From assembly GCF_000743755.1 (NCBI RefSeq), contig NW_014569536.1, positions 62,001 to 96,677 on the forward strand: a DNA stretch of 34,677 nucleotides, written 5' to 3'. Every line of letters begins with the position of its first letter. Position 1 is the first letter of the stretch. The notes beneath the pieces are model-generated. The model was given only the letters and a program-made list of their open reading frames with translations. It did no database searches and was not told the DNA's origin. The position numbers and the translations under genes were made by a program. This DNA comes from Blastocystis sp. subtype 4 (lineage: Eukaryota). Of the stretch, positions 22,621-32,310 are shown one piece after another.

Positions 22621-24671
22621 ATGGATATTATCAAGAAAGTGGTGAGTAAGGAGAAGAAGTTCTTCGGAGATAACAAGAAGGGTAGGTTGCGTAGAGAGAA
22701 GAGTGATGAATAGGAGAGCTCAATGAAATGAAAGATCAGCTTGCATCTACAAATATGGATGAGAAGAAGGACGCTTTGAAGAAGGTTATTGCTCTGATGA
22801 CTGTGGGTCAGGATGTGTCAAAGTTGTTCATTGATATCATTAACTGCATGCAGCAGGGAGACATTGAGATGAAGAAGTTGGTGTACTTGTATTTGATCAA
22901 CTATGCTGATGAGAAGCCTGATTTGGCTCTTCTGGCTGTCCAGTCATTCATCCGTGTATGTGAAAGGAGGATGAAAATGATAGAATAGGATGCTTCAGAT
23001 CAGAATCCTTTGATTCGTGCTCTTGCTGTTCGTACAATGGGTTGCATTCATGTGGAGCGTATTTGTGAGTATTTGACGGAGCCTCTTCGTAAGTGTATTT
23101 CTGATTCAGTTGGTTGCTATATGATGAAGTGATGAATAGGATCCTTATGTACGTAAGACTGCTGCTATGTGTATTTGCAAGCTGTATGATATTAGTCCGA
23201 GTCTGGTGGAGGAACAGGGTTTCATTGATTCTCTTCATGATATGATTTCGGATGAGAATTCTGCTGTGGTGGCAAATGCTGTGGCTGCTCTTTGTGAAAT
23301 TCAGGATAACTCTCCTCGTGAGGTGATGAAGATTACTACATCCATGTTGCAGAAGCTGACTGTGGCTCTGACTGAGTGTTCGGAATGGGGTCAAGTGTAT
23401 ATTCTGGATGCTTTGGCTCGTTATGAACCTCGTGATGAACGTGAGGCTGAGGCTGTGATTGAGCGTATTCAGGCTCGTATGCAGCATAGTAACACAGCTG
23501 TAGTGCTGAGTGCTATTAAGGTGATAATGGTGTACATGGAGCATATCACTCGTCAGGATAGTATTCGTGCTATGGTGCGTAAGATGGGTCCTCCACTTGT
23601 GACTCTTCTGTCGAATGAACATCCTGAGATCCAATATGTGTCGTTGCGCAACATCAATCTGATTGTACAGAAGCGTCCTGATGTGTTACAGACAGAGATT
23701 CGTGTGTTCTTCTGTAAGTATAATGATCCAATCTACGTGAAGAAGGAGAAGATGGACATTATGGTGAAGTTGGCTACTGAGCGTAATATTGAGCAAGTGT
23801 TGACAGAGTTCAAGGGATATGCTCAGGAGGTTGATGTGGAAGTGATTCGTAAGGCTGTACGTTCGATTGGTCGTTTGGCTATTCGTCTGGAGAAGGTTTC
23901 AGAGCGTTGTGTGAAGGCTCTACTCCAGTTGATTCAAGAGAAGACCAACTACGTTGTCCAGGAAGCTATTATTGTGATTCGAGATATCTTCCGTCGTTAT
24001 CCCAATAAGTATGAGTCCATCATTGGTACTCTTTGTCAGAATCTGGATACATTGGATGAACCTGAGGCTAAGTCAGCCATGATTTGGATCATTGGAGAGT
24101 ACGCAGATCGTATTGACAATTCAGATGAATTGCTGGAGACTTTCCTGGATGGATTTGATGATGAGCCTCCAAATGTACAGNNNNNNNNACTGTGAAGCTG
24201 TTCCTCCAGCGTCCTGGTGATACCAAGGAGTTGGTGAAGGATATTCTGAACACAGTAACTCAGAACTGTGATAATCCTGATATTCGTGATCGTGGCTACA
24301 TCTACTGGAGACTTCTGTCCATGGATCCTGATACTGCCTCAGAGATTGTATTGGCTGAGCATCCTGTGATCAGTGATACTGCTGAGGGTATCGAGTCTTC
24401 ACTCTTGGATCTGTTGATTGCTAATCTGAGCACACTGGCTGTTGTGTATCAGAAGAATCCTGATCAGTTCGTTAAGAAGGCTGAGATTCATGAGGAGAGA
24501 GAGAATGAGGATGAAGATGACGATGACGACGATGATGATAGTGATGATGACGATGATGATGATAGTGATGATGACGATGATGATGATGACGAAGATGAAG
24601 AGGAAGAGGAGGAAGAAGAAGAAGAGGAAGAAGAGTATGAAGAGGAAGAGGAAGAGGAATATGATGAGTAA
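22621..24671 (+). CDS. AP-1/AP-2 adaptor complex beta subunit, trunk domain plus poly-acidic tail; interrupted by an assembly gap
   Basis: [80 protein letters not shown]. Introns 22682-22713, 22956-22988 and one ending at 23139. N-gap at 24181-24188. Confidence 0.93.
24181..24188. other. Assembly gap (8 N)
   Basis: nnnnnnnn in the sequence; the reading frame differs on the two sides. Confidence 1.
24492..24668 (+). repeat. Coding GAT/GAC then GAA/GAG trinucleotide-rich tract (poly-Asp then poly-Glu)
   Basis: Encodes [59 protein letters not shown]. Confidence 0.95.
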
Positions 24672-24810
24672 TGGCTTTGAATTGCATAGTGTTTATTGAA
24701 TCACAAACACATTCACAGTCCATAGCAAAGATCTGTCACCTCATTTAGTAGAATGTTGAAACTGTCGTTTTGTTTATAGTTTTATACTCTTATCCATTTC
24801 CATTTTCAGT

Positions 24811-24883
24811 TCCGAAGTAGTATAGTGGTTAAGTATTTCCGCCTGTCACGCGGACGACCGGGGTTCGATTCCCCGCTTCGGAG
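24811..24883 (+). tRNA. tRNA-Asp (GTC)
   Basis: Acceptor stem TCCGAAG/CTTCGGA with discriminator G, D-loop TAGTGG, anticodon arm TCCGC-CTGTCAC-GCGGA, T-arm CGGGG-TTCGATT-CCCCG, T-run downstream. Confidence 0.97.
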
Positions 24884-24904
24884 ATTTCTTTTACAACAAA
24901 CACA

Positions 24905-27900
24905 TTATTTTACATCACAAAAGCGTTTGCTTGACGTTGTGTCTATTTCATGATCTCTGCGAACAGGAGATCGATAGTCTTCCCATCCTGACTTATCCAG
25001 TTCCTTCACCAGATCACTCAATTCACCATCTGAAATATCCACAATATCGTCTTTTGGCTGAGAAGGAAGAAAAGTATGATTTAAGCAAGTAATAGTAAAT
25101 ACAACACCATCTCCTTCCGTCTCAGCATCCAACACACAACCCGCATCCTGAGCACAGCTCACATGATAGTAATTACAACATCTTTCAGTATGACACTTCA
25201 CTGGAATTCCCACAGCCCGTCCACATTGAATACAGCGATGAGTACTAGGTACTGCAAGCAAGGGCCGAATCTCAGCAGGCCTTAAAGTTTCAATGTCTTG
25301 AAAGAGTAACTGGGGATTCCATGTCACACATGGAACATGAACCCATACACCATCTACGCTGCACTTCATTGCTCCTTGCGTTTGACCACAGAGACCACAA
25401 GCTGTTCCTGTCACACCAGCATCACATCTCTACAACTCAGGAAACTCATTCAACCCTACATCACACTGCCATCGAGCTGAAGAAGTTGACACAACACCAT
25501 AACAACTCGTATGCACTACGACACCACAGAGTGCACAGCATAAAAGCGGATTTGAGGCATCATCTGTGGAGTCACGACAAATGCTACACACTTCAGGAAC
25601 TGGAGCTGGAAGTGTTGAGTTTAGATCCATGTGGAGCAATGCATCGATCTCAGCTGAGCTCAGATCCAAATCGTCAGATGGAGGTGGTTGTGTAGCAACA
25701 GTAAGAGCAGTAGTAGGTTTGGAGGATGGTGGTTCAGGGATGATTGGAGCTTGTTGTAAGGCTGGTACTTGGGTAGTTGACTGTACAGGAACAGAAGTGG
25801 AAGATAAAGTGTCAGATATTGGAGGAATAGTTGCAATTCCAGAAATAGATCTTTCCACTTCTTGCAATCCAGGGATAACTTGTTCTTCTGCTAGTTTTAT
25901 CTGGGGCAACATATGACATTCATGATTCAAATGGGAACGTAACTGTTCAGGAGTATCACATCTATCATAAAACTCATATGTTACTCCTACAGTACCAGAC
26001 ACAATGGACATACAATCCCCTGAGTCCCTTTGGGATCTGGAGTGGCATGATTCTTCTGCTGAGGTGATGCCACACGTGGAAACAATCGATCGATCTCTTC
26101 TCGAGTGAGAGGAGATGGCTTAAAGGCCTCTTCACCTGATGGAGAGTGCGTTGATGCCTCCAGAGCTGAGAACGAAGAGGTTACGACTGGGATCATGCTG
26201 TTGCTATTGGTTGAGAGCGAGTCCTCCTTGATCTCGGAAGTTCCTAATGATGTGTTGGTTGGATCAGTCCTTCCAGGAGGTAGCTCATACAAAGTCATTT
26301 CCTTCACAGGATTGTTTACGGAGGGTTCTGATTCGGTAGGCTTCACCAAAGCCGGATTCAAAATGGGAGACACATCCTTCACTGGTAGCTGCTGCGCTAC
26401 TGCATGAGAAGGCAAGTTTAGTTTCACTTGAGGTGAGTGATTAGGAGATCGAATTGGCTGGAATTCAGATTTGTTCTTCATAGGAGTTAAAGTGACTTCT
26501 GTTGGTTCTGATTTTGAGACTGTTTCTCGATGCTTCTCCCATGCTAATAACACACGCTGTGAAAGGAGATCGACTAGCAATTCATCTGATGAGCTCTCTT
26601 CACTTTCGGTTGAAGAAACAGACTCATGGTCTAACTTCTCATTGGTTTTCATGTCCGAAATAGGTACTTCTTGTGGATCTTTGTTATCTGATGGATTGAT
26701 ACCGGATTCTTTTGTTAAATCCTGCTTCTTCTCCAGAGCAGCAATCGGAATATCGTCAGAATCCTCACTTGAAGCAGGACCAGCAATAGGAGAATCAACA
26801 GAAGTATCACTCACTTCAATGATTTCATTTTCCACGGGAATTGGTATATTCTTAGCAAGAGGTTGATCGTCTGAACTCAATTGGAGACTAGCATCTGAGT
26901 CAGCTTCCAGAACAGCATCCAGAGAGACAACAGGAATCTCAGTTTGATTAGGCTCCTCTGCCATGGCATCAACTTCTTTCAATACGCTAGGAGTCTGCAC
27001 ATCTTGACTAGTAGTTGTAGTATTCACATTCTCCCAATCCAAACGACGAAGTATCGCGTCTGCCTGCTTTTCTACCAAATCCAACACACTAATAGGAACA
27101 TGCTGACTATTCAATCATTCTTATAATCATATGCTACGGAGCAATTGGACGAAAATCATCCAAGCTTGAGTCATCTGAATTTGTATTCTGAATCTCGTTT
27201 AGTAGAGGGGCCTGTATTGGATGAGAAACGGTCTAGAATCAATAATCATCCGTTTACCTACACTCCCACGATGTGCTCTCTCATATTCTATCCATTCTTT
27301 CACTTGTTCACTCGAATAGTCCTCACACCATCGTTTCTGTGTGATCCATTCTCCTAGTTCCTGGATGATATAACTCCGTCTACTGTGACTCCATTGATAC
27401 ACTTCACCTAAAGCATCATTTCCACTCACAGATCCATTGATTGCACAAGGATCCACTTCACGATCTTCAGGCTCCTTTTCCAACTCTTGAAATAACCAAC
27501 GCCCTTGTTCTGAAGCAAAGAATCGTTCTTGTCTACTGCGTCGCTCAGGAGTATCTCGAAACTCTTGAAGAACAGTATTTCGATTCCGTTTCTTGGGTGT
27601 ATGCCCTCCAATTTGACTGTAATGATAGTCAGATATGACTAAAGATTCCTTAATTAAGTGTGGATGAAAATGGGAATCAAACAAAGTATCAACTATAGGA
27701 CACAATTGAAGGGAAGAAGATTTGTTCTTCAACAGAGTTGTCACTTGATTGTATTTCTGAATACTCCGTTTATGCTTCTGATACTCACTTCCTTCTGTCA
27801 ATAACACAACCACACGACCAGCACGTTTACGACCTGTACGGCCTTTTCGTTGTAATAACCGTGTTGGTGACGAAACCCCCTCATAACAGACAAGCAAATC

Positions 27901-30110
27901 AACTTCTCCAATATCCAATCCTTCTTCAGCAATGCATGTAGCAACCAATACATTGAACTTTCCACTCTTGAAATCGCGCAAGATAGCCTGTTGTTGTTTC
28001 TGTGTTTGACCATTAGTAGCAGTCAATGGAGTTCCTGCTGGCACAACAGGAGGCCCATTATCATCCTTTCTCCCAAAGAAAGAGGCAATCGAACGAGATG
28101 GTTTTGATGTTACTCCATCATACAACTGTTCTCCATCTGCTTGATGACCCTCTTCAGGAAGCTTCACTACCTCACTGTTCTTCTTCTGTTGACCCACAAA
28201 GGCGGTGGGGCGCAATAAATCTGTACCTCGAAGATAGTTGAGAATCTCTTGAACAGAGGATCGATACTGAGCAAACACAATTACACGAGTATCGCGTTGG
28301 GCAGCCAAATTCCTTCGAAAATGATCCACAAGAAACTCCTTCAGTTTCTCCAGTTTCGGATGAACATATTCATTATGTCTTACTCCCTCAAAAACACGGT
28401 TATAGTAGCTAACAAACCGAGATGAAGTCACTAATTGAACACGAGATGGATTGGGTTTTTCTCCTGCTTCTTGACGCAGACCACTGAGTGTCTATTATGA
28501 ATACCATAATCAACACTCACCTCAACAAAAGCACCCACACCATACTGTGTTAGAATCTGTGTGGCTTGGGTGAGTGACATTAACAGTCCAATGTCAGACA
28601 GAGCATCACTAAACCGCTGGCCTGTGAGACCCTGAATACGATGCTCCATACAACGTGTCTGGGCTTCTAATAGAATCATCTTATTCACTCTACGAGGATT
28701 TCGTTCTGTCAACACACCTAGATTACAGAGTCGATTCAAGGGCTGCATCACGAATGCCAGCCACTCCTCGATCACATGTTGGTATCGAGCATTCAATTTC
28801 ACAACAATCTCTTCTTCTAATACCTGCTTCAGATACTTGCGCACATCCGGATCTTCTCGACTACGAATACTGATTGCATTGATATCCAAATTGAAAATTA
28901 CTCTCTGGACTTTATCAATATCCGTCCCAGGAGTGGCAGATAGGCCTAAAACCCGATAATGCCGATGAATTGCTCGTAGTTGTCTTAGCACAGTAGTATA
29001 GGCATAGTCTCCCTGAGCACGATGACACTCATCTACCACCAGACAAGTGATTCGACGTGCATTCACAATCCCATTCCGGAGATCATTGTCAAGGACTTGT
29101 GGAGTACAATAAAACACGCGTTTCTCTGCCCAAAGACGTTTTCTCTCAGTTACTGCCTTTGTTCCCATCAATTCGGCCACATCACTCTGACTATGATAGA
29201 GCTTACTAACACGTACGTGAGGAATACCCACAATGTCATGACAGGCACCAATCTGCTGTGTTACCAGAGGACGTGTTGGTGCTAAGAAGATGACTTTTCC
29301 TGCGGGAAACCATCGATAGAAGTTGAACATGACAACTGCAGCAATAAAGGTCTTACCGAGTCCGGTAGGCAGTGAAACGAGTGTATTCTTGAAGAGAGCT
29401 TCAGATACGATCTCCAACTGATACTCTCGAATTGGGTAATTTGTGGGATAACTTCACGTAACAATTGTTCCTAGAATCTACATCCATGTTTTCGAGGCTT
29501 CTGGATCTAATACAGGAAACCCTTCAGCTGATACGGCTTTGGGCGAATGAGGAGAGAGTGACATCTGACTTCTAGAAATACTCTGTGAATGTATAGGTGT
29601 AGAACGAATAGGATCAAAAACAGCTTTAGGCATAGGTTTTGTAGGGGTTAAGGGGGATGACCGAATTGCATCAGGATGTCTGACAGTTGAGTTCAGATGA
29701 TCTTTCCATTCTATAAGTTTAATTCAAATACAATTAGGTACTGTTTTGAGCGCCAGATTGCACAACAGGTTTTGGAGTTACAATTTGGGATTGAATAACT
29801 GGACGAGGTGTAGAGCATATTATGCAACGATCCACATTATTCTGATTCTCAAAGGTACATTTCGAGCAAATCCATGATGAATGAAGTGAAGATGGAGTTC
29901 CAGGCCGCTTTCCACTCCCAACGGAAGGCCAAAAGACACTTTGTCTTGACATGGACTGGGAACGATTCGATGGCGTAGGAGATTGTATTTTTGAGGCTAT
30001 TGATTTGCTTTCTTCCTCTTCAATCACTTGTAGAATGTCATCGGGAATCTACACTTTCAGTGAACGCAAAAGAGATTCACATCCTCAAAATCATCACTAC
30101 TTGCATCCAT
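24905..30110 (-). CDS. FANCM: FANCM/Mph1-family DEAH helicase with N-terminal RanBP2/NZF finger and C-terminal UBZ-like finger and PZP (PHD-Zn knuckle-ePHD) module
   Basis: TWIYPTNYPIREYQ, LPTGLGKT, LAPTRPLV, VVDECHRA, GLSATPG, HPKLEKL, ATCIAEEGLDIGEVDL, QRKGRTGRKRAG. Nine 29-32 nt GT-AG introns give one continuous frame from ATG 30110 to TAA 24905-24907. TGTTTGTT (minus) at 24895-24902. Confidence 0.88.
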
Positions 30111-30174
30111 GCTCTTGAATTTGAGAATTCAAGAAGAATTTGAAAAAGGCGGCAAACAAAAGACTTTCATTCTC

Positions 30175-30182
30175 AACAAACA
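30175..30182 (-). terminator. TGTTTGTT polyadenylation-positioning element (nitroreductase 1)
   Basis: aacaaaca on the + strand, 4 nt downstream of an in-frame T at 30187. Confidence 0.85.
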
Positions 30183-30186
30183 AGAA

Positions 30187-31034
30187 ACGCACTCTTCCAG
30201 AAGTATGTCTGTTTGACTTCAGGAATCTCTGTCTTCGTAGGCTGGCCAAATTCATTTTCATAAATCACCATGCTTGGAGGGAAGCGGGGATGTTCATGAT
30301 ACTTTTCCGTGTCGTCAGGATAGCCTACAGCAATGGTACAGCATACATCATAGGTCTTTGGAATCTTGAAGGTCTTCTTGATACTATGAGAATCGAAACC
30401 ACCCATATACAAAGTGCCCCAACCCTTGCTCTGAGCAAGCATTACGAATTGCTGCATAAAGAAACCAGCGCTCTTGTAGGCCCATCCTTCCGTGCCGATA
30501 GGTTCACCCTTGTAGTAGGATCCTGTAAGAGCTTCCTTCATATGAGAGAAGAATGACTCCTTCTTCAGGAAGAGAGGCACTATTTCTAAATCCAGAGAAA
30601 CAAAACCATACATGCACGCTCAGCCATGCTCGCTTCCTCTTGCGATGCTCCGTTAGCCAACTCCATTTCAGTAATTTCATGACTGTGGGATAGAGGATCT
30701 ACGAATTACGAAACGAAGAAGTTGAAGAACCCAAATCACAACAGACAATCAACGTAGCAGAAGCGGTATTGACAAACGTGGCATTATTCAGAAGCATATG
30801 CTTTGCAAGCTTCTGCTTATCCTCGGGTGTACGGACAACAATAACTTTGTAAGGTTGGGCGTTTAGCGATGTAGGAGCTCTCTACTGATGAGTACTGGAA
30901 GCGAAATCCACTTGAGCTAAAGCCAGAACCTCTTTCAATTCTTCAATTGGTATCTCCTTGTTTAAATACTTGCGAACACTTCTTCTCTCGAATACAAGTC
31001 TCTTTACAGTCTCAAAAGAATCAACAGTGGCCAT
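30187..31034 (-). CDS. FMN-dependent nitroreductase-family protein (paralog 1); stop probably made by poly(A)
   Basis: ERRSVRKY, RAPTSLNAQPY, LAQSKGWGTLYMGGFD, IAVGYPD, HPRFP. Three introns (30882-30911, 30699-30730 and one near 30581-30612). Confidence 0.92.
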
Positions 31035-31155
31035 GAACGATAAAGAATATGAAGACAAACCAAAATCAAGAGGAAGTGTTTCATTACAGAAATAGGGACG
31101 AATTTCGCAGATATGATAAAAAGAAGAAGTAGAAAAAAGAATAACCTATTTGACA

Positions 31156-32022
31156 ATGGATTTTGAGTGCATGAAGAAAGTAGTAGAGGACCGACATAGT
31201 GTCCGTGTGTTTACGAAACAAGACATTCCTGAAGACATTCTAGGAGAGATCATGGGCTATTCACTTGTAACTATCTCGTTATGTACATTATTCATAGAGA
31301 TGTCCCACTTCCATGAACACGCAGCCTTTCAAGATGGTTCTCATACGAGATAAAGAGAAGAAGGATCAGTTAGCGTGTTGTATGGACGAGGGTAATGATA
31401 CAACAGTGAGAACAAGTAGTGCTACGGTGATTGTGTGTGCTGATCAGGGTAAATCTTGTTGTAATGAAGTAATTAATAGATCCAATGAAGTTAGTGGATG
31501 AAAGTGGTGAGTATGTGCTGACAAAGAGTGAGTCATGGATGGCACGACTGTTTATGCGTATCTGTACCTTTTATTTAGAATTGTGATCTATAGCACTAAT
31601 GATGTACTACAGAAACACTCTCTTCACATTCTTATTTGGATGGATCCTTGATCTCGTACTTTCCATCTATCGTCTATTTGCTACTTCTCCTGCTCGCTAT
31701 ACACGATCAGCATGGTCGTATCAGCAGACTTCTTTCTTGATGCAGGATATTGTTATTCTAGCTGAAAGCAAAGGAATCAGTAGATCCTGCCTTTTCTCTT
31801 TTATTCTAGGCTCCTTGATCATGGAAGGGTTCAACGAGAAGGCGGTGCGTGAGTGTATTAAACTTCCAAAGCGTTATCAAGTTGCGGGTATTATTTCGTT
31901 AGGCTATGAGCCAGAAAATGGTCAGGTAAAGCCGTCTGCTCGTTTCCCCTTTGGTGATGATTGTTGGAGTCATTGATTGATAGATCAGGTGATATACGAT
32001 GGATCATGGAATAAGTCATTCT
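31156..32022 (+). CDS. FMN-dependent nitroreductase-family protein (paralog 2); stop probably made by poly(A)
   Basis: DRHSVRVF, RCPTSMNTQPF, LAESKGISSLIMEGFN, ISLGYE, SARFP. Five ~30-nt introns, including 31267-31297, 31449-31479 and 31780-31809. Confidence 0.92.
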
Positions 32023-32026
32023 ATAC

Positions 32027-32034
32027 TGTTTGTT
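32027..32034 (+). terminator. TGTTTGTT polyadenylation-positioning element (nitroreductase 2)
   Basis: tgtttgtt 4 nt downstream of an in-frame T at 32022. Confidence 0.85.
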
Positions 32035-32310
32035 TGTCAGATCATTAGATTGTTGGACTTGGAGTTCAGGATTTAAAATACTGCAAATAAGTCTTTACAA
32101 ACTATTTTCGTTGGTTCTGGTACCTTTCACATAATGACCGTATTCTCTCCCTTCTCTCTATAATAATTTGGGATCCACTCATATTTTTGCTGATATGACA
32201 ATATAGAGAAATAGAACGACGAAGAGATACCTATATCCCGACTTCGGGAACTGGAAAAGGATTATCCCCATCGTCTTCATTAACAAACTAAAGCCAACCT
32301 ATAGTGTGTT

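Noticed and set aside
22948..23634. Long antisense ORFs (e.g. 22948-23634, 8782-9183, 12425-12928, 26471-26866)
   Set aside because: They are shadows of well-supported genes on the other strand and contain no recognisable motifs.
24181..24195. Apparent frameshift or pseudogenisation of the beta adaptin
   Set aside because: It coincides with an N-gap of nominal length where several conserved codons, and perhaps an intron, are missing. This is an assembly artefact.
24442..24723. Poly-Met and poly-His ORFs (24442-24699 plus, 24472-24723 minus)
   Set aside because: They are alternative-frame and antisense readings of the GAT/GAA repeat that encodes the acidic tail.
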